Positions 1 to 12,737 of a stretch of 64,000 nt of DNA are shown here, in pieces. The position numbers and the translations under genes were made by a program. The notes beneath the pieces are model-generated. The model was not told the DNA's origin and did not search any database. It worked only from the letters and a program-made list of their open reading frames with translations. Source of the stretch: Microthyrium microscopicum. Taxonomy: Eukaryota. The DNA is taken from NCBI GenBank assembly GCA_010405405.1, contig MU004241.1:1089359-1153358 (forward strand), read 5' to 3'. The stretch's first letter is position 1; each line of letters starts with the position of its first letter.

Positions 1-1359
1 CATACCCGATTTGTCATCGTTTAGAAATGCATCAAAACGAGAGACCATTTTCCGAACTTGCTCCTGCGCTTCTTTATCGCCAAAGCCTGCGCCTGGACCT
101 TTACCTTTATTTTTCCCAGACAGTTCTTTATCAAACTCGTTAAAATCGATATCCATCCATTTCTCGTCATCTTCCTTTTGACTCCACTGCGCAATCTCTT
201 CGTCTGTGGGGAGGACCTCTTCACCAGCGTCGATATCTTCGAGTATGATCTGCATCTCCCTCACGGCCTTTTTGTTCTGATTTTGGGGATCCCGTATGAG
301 CATCTCGAAGCCACAACTAAGCTTCATACCAATCTCTGCTTTCGCGAGTGCTTTTGGCGAATCAATGTCGCCAAAACAGCTCTGCCACGACTTTGGTGGC
401 AGAAATTCTTGGCCTTTGAGTTGTGCAAACCCTACTTTGGTGAATTTGACAGTAGTATCAACAAAGTCTTCAGGCGGAAAGCGTAGATCTTCGGGTTTAG
501 GTGTGCTGAGTGGCTTGAGAGCAATGGGGTCTCTGATGTAAAACGCTTCGATCGCTGGACTAACATACGTAGGGTCGTGATGAAGAATGTGAGCAATTTT
601 TCGTGGTATGCGTACCGCAGCATGATGGAATTGTTCTGATATTGCTTTCGGGTAGTTTCGTATGCGGTAGAATGCTTCTTCTTCGATGAGTGGCGATCGC
701 ACAAGATGTTGCTGATTCCTTTCAATATAAGATATGGCTTCTTTTAGTGAAGGAGACCTTGTTTCTAGTTCTGGTGCTGCTTTCAGTGGAATGATTCGTA
801 GTCCTCCTGCATGTATCCATACCTATACAAATCAGTAACAGTGAATCTCATTCTGAGACCTTTGCGTACCCGATTTTGGGTTATCTCTGGGCTGATCCAT
901 TTTGGCAGCATCATTGCAGCTTCAATGAGAAGAAACTCGCCATCTGTGTCGTATACTCGAACCCATATATCTGGATTCTTGAGACTTAGTTCCCTTAGCA
1001 AGTAGACGATGAGCCACTCGTCCGCCACTGAGTCGCCGTAATTTGTACTGCCCCTAAGGGACCAAGTAGCTAGAGCTATTAGCTAAAGACTTGAGAGAGT
1101 TGTATATAAACTCACATATTTCCAGTTCCAAATCAAGCTTGAACTCTTCTCGTTGCCATATATAATCATCCAGCAGATCGTTGACCAGCCGATTGGCTTC
1201 CTTCAAGATTTCTTTCAGTCTCGATACTACTTTTGCTTGTGATAGTGTGGAGTCGATGATATGAATAGCGTATTCGACTGTGTCTTCTGGAAGCCGCTTG
1301 GGAAACCCATCGAAGCCCTCGCCAAACCACTTGAAGCCATCATCTACGCTTGGCTCCAT
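1..1359 (-). CDS. SGT1/ecdysoneless (Ecd) family protein, 3' end beyond window start
   Basis: Spliced reading with introns 1115-1070 and 869-823: MEPSVDDG...LPEDTVEY...YIWQRE...LRGSTNYGDSVADEWLIVYLLRELS...DTDGEFLLIEAA...NRVWIHAGGLRIIP...GMKLSCGFEML...WMDIDF. These are characteristic Ecd/SGT1 motifs; the frame stays open to position 1. Confidence 0.88.
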
Positions 1360-1664
1360 CTCTCTTGGTAGCTTCGACTCTCGATGCTATGTTCGTCTGT
1401 CCAATTTCAACAGTTTTCAGATCAACTTGCTCCAGCAACGCTGTAAAGCCTGTCTGAAGGCAACAACCCGTGAGCAACAAATACACACGAATTGCGACTG
1501 GATAATCTGAGAGAGCGATTGGAATTCCCGCGATTTTCTGTATTTTTTTCTTCTGCGAATACCTAATATATTGAGAAGGGGCAGCAGGATGACATTTTGG
1601 GTGGTCTCGAAATTTAGACGCGGCAAGCGCGGAGCAGGGATCAGTTACCACCTCTAAGCGCCCA

Positions 1665-1709
1665 TGTTTACTTCACGACACCCTGATTTTAGTAAACACC
1701 AAGTCGCGT
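1665..1709. promoter_or_regulatory. Putative cell-cycle elements upstream of pcp1: two forkhead-type GTAAACA sites and one MCB-like ACGCGA
   Basis: TGTTTAC at 1665-1671, GTAAACA at 1692-1698 and TCGCGT at 1704-1709, lying 110-150 bp before the pcp1 ATG. Motif match only. Confidence 0.35.
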
Positions 1710-1815
1710 TTCTCCAAGTTTACCGTCAAACCTGCCTTTCCTCTCCCATTCTTCATGCATTGAGCCGGGTATATCTACAACACTTTCAAAACTTACTTCC
1801 CCTCTCCACTCCACC

Positions 1816-4800
1816 ATGGCGCCTCCCTATCTCGACACGCCTCATACGGAGCGCGCCGACCGAACCCATGCCATCGACATTGAATTCTCCGAAATGCCTT
1901 CTTTCGCGCCTCCTCCTGGCGCCGACGATTTACTGAACGCTGTACGAAATCGGCGCAATAGAAATACGCTCACCACGCCCTCTGCTCGCAATGCGCTGGC
2001 CCAAAAGCGTAACCCAACGGCGAAACCAGAGTTCACCCCTTTACTACACAGCGCCGTGCGCAATCGACAAGGTCGTCGCGCGCATGGCCTTACTACGCCT
2101 GCGGCCTTGAGACCAGGCTTTCATATGTCAAGCCCAGCGTTACCTGAGGTCAGCCAATTGGACGATGATCCCACTGGCACTACAGAAGAGACACCAATTC
2201 CAATACCGGATAGCAGTAGTGCTTTAATGAGCACACCTATGCCCACACTGCCAAAGCGCGGTGAACTAGGGCTGAACGGAGATGGCGGGAACGTTTTGAC
2301 GCTCAAAGAACAAGAAGCCGTATGTATAGCCAAGTATGACTGTGTGGATGAGAACTAATGAGGCGTAGAAACTGGAAAAGATTGACAAAGAAAACTTTGG
2401 CTTAAAGCTGAAGATCCACTATCTCGAGCAAAATCTTCAAAAGAGCGGCACCGAATTTAGTCAACAAACAATCCGCGAGAACAGCGAGCTCAAAGCTGGC
2501 AAACACGTCCTTGAACGCGATCTCAAACGATACCGAAAACAACTGGCCAATGCAGAACTCGAACTCGAACAATACCGCATACAACTGCAAGAGTACATGG
2601 AGAAAGTCAAGCGGCGACATATGGACGAAGCCATGCGAGATGAACTTGAGAGAATACAGGCGCTTGCGGATCGTCGTGAGGAGGAACTCAAAGCACTGCA
2701 GCAAAAATTGGAAGAAGGGCCGCAGGAAACTTCCCCAGACAGTGAAGAGTTGGACAAATTACGCGATCAGATAGACGATCTGGAAGCCGAAGTGAAGGAC
2801 GCCAAAAACATAATCGACGCGAAAGAGGACCAGATCGAAGACCTTCAAGCCAAAGTATCATCGGGTGGCGGAGAGCTAGAAGACGAGCTCAATCAAAAGG
2901 AGGAACAAATCGAGTCTCAAGCAGAAGAGCTGGAACAGCTTAGACAAGAACTTCGAGAACTCAAAGAAGAACGAGACAACGTCGATGACGATCGCAGCGT
3001 TCTGCAAGCCACAAACCGTGAACACGAAGCACAACTTCGTGAGGCTGAAGAGCGGGCTGAGGCTGCGGAGCACAAGATACAAGAGCAATTGTCCTACTTT
3101 GAAACACGCCTAAAAGGAGTGATCCGGGAAAAGGATGCAGAGTTGGAAAAGTTACAGAAAAAGCTACAGGCCACAGAAGAATATAAAGTGGCAGAAATCG
3201 AGTCCCTGGAATCTCGGCTAAAGATTGCAGAGTCCCAAGGCGACAATCGGTCGCAACTCGCCCAACAAGCTGCAGAGGAGGCCAACAAGAAGCTCCGTCA
3301 AGTAACACAGGAAAAGGATGCTGAGATTGAAGGCCTCCAGGCACAGATCGAGGATCTGAATGTCGTCAAAGACGAGGTTGAGCTCGCACAGCGACAATAC
3401 GAAGATGCATGCGAGGAGTCGAAGAGACTAGAGAATGAGCTCGATAAGGAACGTCGCGCATCCGCCGAAGTCAGAGACGAGCTCATCGACAAAGATAATC
3501 AAATTCGAGCCCTCAGGCAATCCGCCCAAGATCGCGATCTCACCATGGGGCAAGTTGAGAGACTGCAACTCACACTAAGCGAGCGGTCGTCCAAGATTGC
3601 CGAACTGCAGCGCAGTCTTGATTCGCAGCGCCATGCACTTGATGGGATGAGAGATCTGCAGACGAAACTGGCCCAGCTTCAACGCAAGGACGCGACCGTG
3701 AAAGAGGAGCTTGCCGAAAAACAATCGGCTATCAATGAGCGCGATCGCCAACTTATGACCTTACGACAGACCCTCAATGACCGCAATAATGAATTGGAAA
3801 TCTTACGACAAACAAATGAGGAGCCTGACTCTCAACTCGAAGGCCTACAATCTATTGTTCGTCATCGGGATACCGATTTGGAAGATCTTCGGATGAAGGT
3901 TAACCGACAAGATGCTAGTCTCGAAGCTCTCAAACGCGTTGCTGATGAGCGGCTCAAATCTCTCAATGAGCTACAAGCCGAGCTCACTGAGACCAAGCAA
4001 AATATGGAGGATGAAATTCAAGTCCTGGAATCGAGTCTGGATGAAGCTGAAGAACGGATGGCTCAGATGGTACAAGAGATGAAAGTTCAAGAAACTCAAT
4101 CCACCAAAGCCGATCACCTCGATCGAAAGGTTCGATCATTCGAGCGTGAAAAGGCCAGTCTTCAGTCTACGATTGATGAGCTGCAACGCGACCAATTAGT
4201 TGCTGACTCTGAACGACTTTCATTACATGCCACAATCGACAAGCTGCGAGCAGACATTCGCAAAGCTCAAGATGCTGCATCAGCAGCGGCAAATGTATCT
4301 CTTCTCCCCAAAGGTACATCCTCTGAACTCAAAACTCTCCGTCTGGAACAGCGAGATCTCAAACTTCGACTCAAAGAGGCCGAATCAGCACTTGAAAACG
4401 CCGAGCTCGACCACTGCCATTTACAAGATGATCTCAGCCGCAAACATGCATCAGAGATCCGCCGTCTGCAACGGTCTCTCAAGACCAAAGAGGACGAGAT
4501 TCGAGACCTGGAATTTGACGCACAAAAACACATCCAAGCAGGCTCCAAAGCACAGCGAGCACGCGAGGAAGCTGGTCGACTATCATCGCAAGTGGCAGTG
4601 CTAGAAAAGAAGCATATGTCAGAGATCAAGGGCCTGGTCAAACAAATACAAGTGCTTCGGACTCGTGTTGATCGTGAGAAGATGTTCCGTGATGATCTTG
4701 CATTTCAGAAAAAATGGTTCCTGCTAATGGTGGAGATGTATGATGCTTGGTAAGTCTCTATGCAGCCGAAAATATTGAATGTGATCCACTAACTTTCCAT

Positions 4801-5025
4801 AGTAACGCCACAAATATCAAGATGATTGAAGAGATGGGCATTTCGCCAGATCGGTCAATTCGTAATCGCCGACCTACTCTCAAGACGGCTGCTCTGTCGA
4901 TTATTTTCTGCCTAAGAACAAGCAAGGCTTGCGACCGATGGGCGGAGAGTAAAAAGACACAACAGTCACTTACTCGCAAGATGGAAGCCATGAGAGGGAA
5001 TGGGAAGCGGATAGCTGTGCGATAG
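1816..5025 (+). CDS. pcp1: Spindle pole body pericentrin/Spc110-like protein (SPM + CM1 + long coiled coil + PACT)
   Basis: Exons 1816-2319, 2369-4749, 4803-5025. SPM-like EFTPLL; CM1 motif LTLKEQEA|KLEKIDKENFGLKLKIHYLE across intron 1; about 700 aa of coiled coil; C-terminal PACT-like REKMFRDDLAFQKKWF...RPTLKTAALSIIFCLR. Confidence 0.88.
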
Positions 5026-5265
5026 AAAGTGGATTGTTTGAATAGTTGGGTTGCATAGCACTGGCGTAGCGAATGTTTTGACGTTTGAATGAAATAGATT
5101 GGCAAGTCGAAAGACTACAATCGAAATCGCATATTTCTATGATGCATGACTACTGAACTATCGCCATAAAATACAGGAATCGTAATATAACCATCGTAAT
5201 ATGATCCAAGTGCGCCGCATTACCCAAAAGCAGCCATTTTCATGATTCATTACCAAGCCGTTCCC

Positions 5266-5868
5266 TTAAAACACCTTCTCCGGCACCGAGGCCTGATTCT
5301 GCGCTACACCTCTCTGACCATCACGTTCCATATGGGAAGAGTACCGCGGCGGGAGATCCTCTTCGTCCTCCGAGTCCGACACATCAACCTGTCGCAACAG
5401 CACGGGGTCCGACCTCGTCGCCTGATGATGTTGGTCATACACAGGCTCCTGTGTCATGTCCCTCGACTTGCCATCTTTCTTCTTCTCCTGATGTGACTGG
5501 ACGGCATCGACAATGCCTCCAATGATCAGGCCAATGGGTCCCCGTCGACGACTATAACCACCATTGTTATATCTCCCATTCATGTAGCCAGCGTTGTTAT
5601 ATCCGACAGCTTGGCCCATATTGTTATTGCTATATGCACCATTGGTGAAGCCAACGTTGTTATATCCCATAGGCTGGACCATTGGCGCGTTATATGCGGC
5701 AACGGGCAATCCGCGACGGCAGGATTTGCAGACATGTCGGCGTTTGTGAGGACAGTTGGCGACGGGGACGACGTTCATGGGGGTTTGTTGGTTGAGCATT
5801 TGGGGACCGCCCATCATTCGAGGGCCCATCATTGGTGGGTAAGCGGAGTATCTGTCGCGGCGACACAT
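5266..5868 (-). CDS. Small hypothetical protein with a G/Y/N-rich low-complexity region and a PPxY motif
   Basis: Intronless 200-aa ORF with ATG after a CA-rich leader; repeated GYNN/YNNG units; RRRGPIGLIIGG; acidic patch followed by LPPRY. Confidence 0.65.
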   Translation of the reverse strand: MCRRDRYSAYPPMMGPRMMGGPQMLNQQTPMNVVPVANCPHKRRHVCKSCRRGLPVAAYNAPMVQPMGYNNVGFTNGAYSNNNMGQAVGYNNAGYMNGRYNNGGYSRRRGPIGLIIGGIVDAVQSHQEKKKDGKSRDMTQEPVYDQHHQATRSDPVLLRQVDVSDSEDEEDLPPRYSSHMERDGQRGVAQNQASVPEKVF

Positions 5869-7488
5869 ATGAATTGTTGATGGTCTAGGAGTGTAGAGTG
5901 TTAGAGGAATTGGAATTGAATTGTAATAGTATTTTGAAATGTAGTAGAATTGAATGTGGTAGATGGTTGTGTGATTGTATGATTGAGATTACGGACAATG
6001 GGACGAATACTTATACTTATCTTTACAATTGTGCTGCCTTGGGATCGGCATTTGGATCGCGCATTATGTTTCCCAGAAGAGATGCAATGGGCGAGGTGTT
6101 GCGACGCTAGGAGATTGGTTGCTGCGCCTCAAGAAGGAGCAGCGCTTTTATCTGTCCGGGTCTAGGCTAAATGGGGCTAGGCTGGCGAGAGAGATGCCCC
6201 GCTGCCCTGGTCGTTTGCTGTCAAAATGCGAGGAATGCGGCCGACACATCATTTAGCGGCAGTGAGCATCAAGTTGGACCTGAAATACTAAAGTCTATCT
6301 ACGCTATTGTGCTGCTTGAGATAGCGCTAAGAGTCAATTGACTTTTGAACGAAGCCACCGCCAAGTGGACGCGATGAGAAGGCACAACCCCGTTGTCGAC
6401 GATGTTAAGAACATTTTATACGTCCGTCAAGTTTGGTTTGGTTTGGGATGAACTTTCAATTGCTGATCTTGGGGCGGACACTGCGGGGTCCTAACGTGGG
6501 ACAATGAATCTACCAGTACGTAGGCACAGTAGGAGGAGGAGGGCGAGGCTGAGCAAGGCTGGACATAACACTTTCTAATTTGTCAATTGAACCAGTATTC
6601 TGCCATACGATACAGCACCTAAAAGGTAGTGAAAGTCTCAGAAGCTGCACTGATATCCATTGATTATAAACGCATGAAGCTCGATTATCTCAAGCACTTG
6701 ATAGAAAGCAAATTGCAACTAGACAGATAGCCGGAAGCTTAAGAAGAACAAGGAAACTGCAGTACTTAAAGTCTGCAGATGAAAAGCAAACGCGACCTAA
6801 ATCTTGGGAGCTGCAGTTTGTCTTCTGATCCGGTTCATTATCAGATATAGCAGTCGCGATGGCTGGACAAGGCTTCAAAAACGGTCACAAGATCGTTGTG
6901 AACTGGTACACGAATGCGTGGATGCAATATTTGATGAAGGAAACGAGATGGAGAGAAGTCAATCTTCACGATGCACCGAAAAATAAGCACGCCGCAAGCT
7001 CCTGGACCTCAATCTTGAACTTTCTTCGCATTACTTGAGTCCGTTGTATCTCATAAGTTGTCTCTGATAGTGGCCCCAAAAGCAGCTTGGTTCTAAGAAT
7101 AATGCGCCTTCCTAACTGACGAGATCATCTGGTACATTAATGGCAACTTGCGGTTTCACTAAGGTTGGCTACCATCTCATTATCCACGTTTTTCTCCTTT
7201 AAGATACCAAAACTCGGAACTTGCATGTTTCAGATGGGAATGTTACTTCCCTCAGTCTGATATCAGAGGAAGTGACCAAACCAAGTCCCTCGGCTTCAGT
7301 GACTGACTCTAACTCTCCCATCACTTGACAAGCACTCTACAACTCTTACACATTTGACACTCAATCTCAACCTAATTTGATCTTTCTATTTGAAAATAAA
7401 ACCATCGGATCTACCTCTCCTCTCGATCTACCCATCCATATCTTAAATTCCAGCCGGCCTCAACTCGCTTAAAACACTGGCCGACATC

Positions 7489-9471
7489 ATGGAAACCAAA
7501 CCACTCAAAACCTCACCTGATGCAGGAACATCTCGATTTCAGATTGTCTTATGCTTTCTCGGTCTTCTGGTGATGAACCTAGTTGTGGCTCTTGACTCTA
7601 CCGCTCTAGCTGTAGCGTTTCCGGTCATTGCCAAGGACATCAACGCCTCGTTCAACTCTATATACTACACTGGCACAATTTTCTTGCTCACCTCTTGTGT
7701 CTTCCAGCCCGTATTTGCATCTCTTGCTGCACTTGGCCGCAAGTTCGCAATTCTTCTTGCCTTGAGCACGTTTATGCTTGGGATAATTCTCTGTGCTGTG
7801 GCAAAGACAGTATGGCTTCTTATTCTAGGCCGAGCTATACAAGGCGCTGGAGCTGGTGGCACCATTGCGATGACCTATGTTCTGATGGCAGACATGTTCA
7901 CAATCCGAGAGCGAGCCAAGTTTGTCAGCTTGATATCACTGATGTTCATGATTGGTACTGTTAGTGGCCCACTTGCTGGCGGTGGGTTTGCGGATACAAT
8001 CGGCTGGGTATGTTCGATCAACTCCCACAGCGATGCTTGACAAAAGCTAACGTCTGGCAGAGATGGATCTTCTGGTCGCAAATACCACTGACCGCGCTGG
8101 CGCTGATACTAATTCCAATCTTCACGAAGACCGTGGAACTACCGGGAACTAAACGCGAGATCTTGGCCAATATCGACTGGGTCGGGATGGTTGGATTCAC
8201 TTTGGGCGTCACAATGCTCATAATGATGCTGTCTGCAGTAAGTCCCACGTGCGTTCATGTGTGATTCCATGTGCTTAATCTTTTCTAGAGCGGTGTTTCT
8301 TGGCCATGGGGAGATTGGAAGACCATCACGGGTATTTCGACTGGCTTTGCGATGCTTGCATTCACATTCGGCTTCTCATATCGGTGGCATAAGACCACAA
8401 AGCCAATGATACCACTGCTAGTTGTCAAGAATGTCACAGCCTCCATCAACTTTGTCTCTCTGTTCTTTCAAGGCCTCCTTGTGAGTTTTCCCGGCGAATT
8501 CTCGACGGGACTAACATGTCGTAGCAAGGGGCTTTTGTTTACTACTTACCCCTATACTTCCAGACAGCTCGTCCCTACTCCCCACTCATGGCCGGCATTC
8601 TCTTCGTAAGTCTTATTGCCCGTACTGCATCATGCAAAATTTTAACGACTTCCAGCTTCCCCAAAGTGCCTCCACTACCGCCATCGCCATCGCCACCGGC
8701 ATCCTCATCGCCCGCACCCACTGCATTAAGCCATACTCCCTCCTCGGCTGGGCCATCATGACCATCGGAAATATACCCCTCGCCATGGGTCTACTCGATG
8801 ACACAATCCCCGTACGTGGCTGGATCCTCGGCAATATCCCACACGCCCTTGCCGCCGGCCTACTCATCGTGTCCAGCACCATCGCCACACAAGCCTCCGC
8901 CGAAGCACGCTCCGATTGTTCTCCTGCCGACAAGATGCGTGTGCGCGCCATGGCTGCCGCTTTAAACCCGTTCTTCCGCGCTCTCGGCCAGGCGGTCGGC
9001 GTGGTAGTGGGCGAAACGACAGTAGAGAATCGGCTGCGCAAGATCCTGGGCAATGATGCAGAAGATGTGCTTCAGGTGATCGCAAGCCTACGAGAGCCAG
9101 GAAGCGCAGAGCAGAAGAAGAAATTGGTGTTGGCCATTATCAGCAGTTTGAATACGCTGTGGATTGTGTTGACTGTCATGAGTGCCCTGAACTTGGTGCT
9201 AATGCTGTTTACCAAAGATTGTGAGTTCCGGGTGCCGCCAGGACCCTCAAAGGATGGTGAGAAGGAAGCGGATAAGGACAAGGTGGATGAGCCACTGGAG
9301 GATGTTGTGTCGTCGGCGTCGTTTGAACGTGATGTGAGACGGTTGTCGTTGCTATCGCATGTTCATGGTGCTCAGGTTTCCACGAGCCCGGTTCCTCCTG
9401 TCCCTGCTCCATGGCAACGGGAGGGTCGACAGCGGGATGGACGGTATATTGGCCAGCCGAATTTGCTTTGA
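7489..9471 (+). CDS. Major facilitator superfamily transporter (DHA2/14-TM-like)
   Basis: Spliced; introns at about 8008-8060, 8238-8288, 8481-8524 and 8606-8655. Motifs ALDSTALAVAFP, LGRK, GRAIQGAGAGG, IRERAK, GPLAGG, W|RWIFW, IDWVG; many hydrophobic helices. Confidence 0.9.
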
Positions 9472-9808
9472 TGATTGGGCGATGGACACAGTGCGAGTTG
9501 TTGGGAGACCTCTGGCTACTATATTGGGCATGATATGGAAAGGGGTGCGGGTAGTCTGATGGAGCGCTAAAAAATTGACCCTCTACCCTTTTCGGTCTTG
9601 TTATTTCAGATTAGATGTAGATTAATCGTTTTTCTTGTTGTTCATGCCTCTGTTCTTGTAGGATGCGTAGCTGTTGAATAGCCAAGGTAGCCTTCAATAG
9701 TGATGTCACGCACAGTAGACAATAAGCAATTTGGGAAGATTATTTGATGTTTCTGACTAGGATATATCCTACGCAAATATACATAGTCGGTGAGGATGTA
9801 TGACGGCA

Positions 9809-11809
9809 CTATATCGTCAAAGAGGCGACTCCGCTCTCTCTTCCTTCCTCTGTCGCGGTGCTTTCCGAAAACCCACGAACTCCAAACATAACACTATCCG
9901 AGTTCGCATCGTAGTGAAGATTCCCTTGAGGCGGAACCCATGCTGTTGGCTTTCGTGGCTGCTGGTCCTGGCCTTCAGGAACACCGACTTCCTCTCGCAT
10001 CGTCAGTCCAGTTGAAAATCGGATGTTTGGAAGATCATATGCCGTCCCCTGATACAACCACCGTAGCGCATGATCAAAACCAGTGTCTTCCAGCGCTGTT
10101 ACTCGGTGCGTCAGCAAATCCTCGCGTAAGTTCACCGCGCCTCGTGCTTTCTTCAGTATCGCGCGTGTTGTCGCTTCTGCCAACTTTGTATTCACCAACA
10201 CCAACGCGCCGCTGCGCCAGCCGCCAGCTGCTACCGAAAGTGCAAAGTACGGCGCCAGGTCATCGTGAACGTCATCAGGAAGGTCGACGTCGTCGCAGTG
10301 GTACCAATCGGAGCCACGCTCTTCGACCCAGTCGCTGAATTCACCCCATTCCATATGAGTCCAATCAAAGTCCTTGTCATTGGCTCGGTTACTAATCCAC
10401 TCCGACCAAGCGCGTTGGTCAGGGTCAAACCAAATGCTGCGGCCAGAATAGTAGCCATGTGGCAGAAGGCTGCTGTCTTGAGTTGGACTCCTTCTACTAA
10501 CAGCTCCCCAGACACCTCGCGCAGTATATACGTGACGAGCACGACCTAGGCCTAGAGCGCCACAGCTACTTGGGTCTGCGCCGTAGGAAGTGATTCTGCC
10601 GTCAGAGTGGAGCGCGTGGTAGTGGTAGTCGCCAAATGCTATTTGTATGACTCCAGTGTTTTGTAAAGCAGGAATGTGGATTGGTTTCTTGTCTGGGTTG
10701 GCTCCCGTAGAGCAGATGGCGAGATAGTCGTGGTTCATGGTGAGAACTGCCCCATCTTCTTGAAATATAGCGAAGGAACGGAACGTGCCTTGCACATCTG
10801 TGACGCTCGAGACTCCGGGTATTCGGAATGTGGTGTAGCTCCCGAGTTTGTGGCCAAATGCTTTGCCTTTGTCGGTGCAGAATACCACATAACCCTCGAG
10901 GACAATGTGACTGATGACTTCGCCAACATCAGCATCGTCTTCTGCAGCGCTCTTTGCCTTTTCTGGCTCCACTATTGAGCGGTTTGACTTTTTGCTTATC
11001 CGTGGAGTGATGTAATCACTGAGCGGGACAATCTCAGTCTCTATAGTTTTCCAACGTTCTGTTTCTGCGCCGTCTCGTCCTAAAGGTGCGAAATATGGCC
11101 AGACAATGATTCCTTTGCCCCTAATGTACACAGAAGAGTGGTCCCAACCAGCCACAACTCGCGATACCCCAGTGGCAGTTCCTGTTTTCTGAGCAGAATC
11201 GATGTATGGTTCTAGAAATGGAAGTTGATATGCTGGTGACTTGCTGGCAAAGCATAACCAAGCCGTGCCGTCGTCTGCCAGGCCAAGAATATGTCTGCGA
11301 CCAGCTGAGAACTGTCTAATGGCGGCGGTCTCTTTTTTCAGATCCTCGGGGAACAACAGCTTCCTGAAAGAGCCGGTTTCAGGATCAAATTCAAGATAGT
11401 TCATACCGTCAACACGACCTTTTAAGTAAAGATCGCCATGTTGGTCCAGGAAGATTGTAGACCAGCCAGCACATTGCAAGTCGGAGATGATTCCGGGCTT
11501 GTCAGATCGGTCTTCCCAGTCTTGAACATATGTAGGATTACCAGAATTCGTGGCTTGACCCCACATGTATATACGTGTTTGTGTGAGGAGTCTTCGATAC
11601 AAGTTTCGCCAGAGGACTCCATCATTGGGCATAACAGGACGGTTTCTCACGCGAAATGCTGCTCTAGTAGCATATTTCCAGTAGCCAGAGTCGGCATATA
11701 AGTTCTGACGAAAGCCTCGACATGTGCTTGTCAAGGCAACAAAGTCTGGAGCGGCTAGGTAGGGGAGAATCTCCTCAAAGATGTCAAATGGGAGATCTGT
11801 TATAGCCAT
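9809..11809 (-). CDS. F-box protein with RCC1/BLIP-II repeats (Saf1/Pof9-like SCF adaptor)
   Basis: N-terminal F-box (MAITDLPFDIFEEILPYL...LTSTCR) and RCC1-type repeats (CAGWS, FSAGRRHILGL, VAGWDHS, IAFGDYHYHAL, GALGLG, VAAGGWRSGAL). The ORF is open to 11881, but the Met at 11809 fits the F-box start. Confidence 0.85.
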   Translation of the reverse strand: MAITDLPFDIFEEILPYLAAPDFVALTSTCRGFRQNLYADSGYWKYATRAAFRVRNRPVMPNDGVLWRNLYRRLLTQTRIYMWGQATNSGNPTYVQDWEDRSDKPGIISDLQCAGWSTIFLDQHGDLYLKGRVDGMNYLEFDPETGSFRKLLFPEDLKKETAAIRQFSAGRRHILGLADDGTAWLCFASKSPAYQLPFLEPYIDSAQKTGTATGVSRVVAGWDHSSVYIRGKGIIVWPYFAPLGRDGAETERWKTIETEIVPLSDYITPRISKKSNRSIVEPEKAKSAAEDDADVGEVISHIVLEGYVVFCTDKGKAFGHKLGSYTTFRIPGVSSVTDVQGTFRSFAIFQEDGAVLTMNHDYLAICSTGANPDKKPIHIPALQNTGVIQIAFGDYHYHALHSDGRITSYGADPSSCGALGLGRARHVYTARGVWGAVSRRSPTQDSSLLPHGYYSGRSIWFDPDQRAWSEWISNRANDKDFDWTHMEWGEFSDWVEERGSDWYHCDDVDLPDDVHDDLAPYFALSVAAGGWRSGALVLVNTKLAEATTRAILKKARGAVNLREDLLTHRVTALEDTGFDHALRWLYQGTAYDLPNIRFSTGLTMREEVGVPEGQDQQPRKPTAWVPPQGNLHYDANSDSVMFGVRGFSESTATEEGRESGVASLTI

Positions 11810-12560
11810 TGTGTTTGATAGATTTGAGTAGGTAGGATAATCTTGTTGTAAGAATGTAGCACCTGTTGAAGTTGCATACAATTTCAGCCTTGAACGGTCG
11901 TCACTCCTCTCTGATCCTCATCTGTAAGTGGCGATGCCTAAAGTGGCTAGTGCGAAATGACGTAGCTGCCTCGCGTGGCACTCTAAGGGTCCTCACCACA
12001 TGTGAAGGAAGGAGTCAAACTACGACGAAGTGTGACTACCTGAGAGTAACAAGCGATACGAAGAAGAATAAGTGAGAAATGCATGCTAAAATTGATCGCG
12101 ACATAGTGGATCTATGGATCTGAAGCTCTTGCCGCCTAGTCGAGCGCATTATGGGGATTGATTGCAGGGACCATTCAGCCAATCATTGTCTTTGTCTGAT
12201 CTTGATCAAGACCGTTGGCGACTCGACTGACACTGATCAAAGAAGTCATGTAATGGTATGTCTGTAATCTGTATGAACTTCAGCTACGAAACAGTTACTA
12301 GATTGCGAAGTTCTTTTTAACAATCCTTTCTTACCAAAATCTTATCTAATTGAGTCGCGGAAGTTGTATCGTGGTGGAGCTTTTTGTCTTTCAAAGCATT
12401 GAGTGCCGCGTACTTAACCAGCGGCTTCGGAGCAAAACAAAGCGGATTTCTACGAGCTATGACACAGAAAGCGACAGGCCAGAGCAACGAATAATGCGAG
12501 GTTGGGATATTTTGGCAGCTTAGCCCAACGCTGGCAGCAGTTAACTGAAGTGGTGGGCGA

Positions 12561-12606
12561 ACGCGAGAAATCGCGTCGCGTGTTGAGGTCCAAGCTCCTA
12601 ACGCGT
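12561..12606. promoter_or_regulatory. MCB (MluI cell-cycle box) cluster in the RNR2 promoter
   Basis: ACGCGA 12561-12566, TCGCGT 12571-12576 and 12576-12581, ACGCGT 12601-12606, 130-180 bp upstream of the RNR2 ATG. RNR genes are classic MBF targets. Confidence 0.65.
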
Positions 12607-12737
12607 CTCTGCCTTAAAAAGCTCCCACTGCTCCAAAGCATTGAAAGTACACTCCTCCATCACCAACTCTACAACTCTCAATTCTTCCACCTCTACATCT
12701 TCCTTACACTCTTCTATATCCCGCAAACACATATCAA

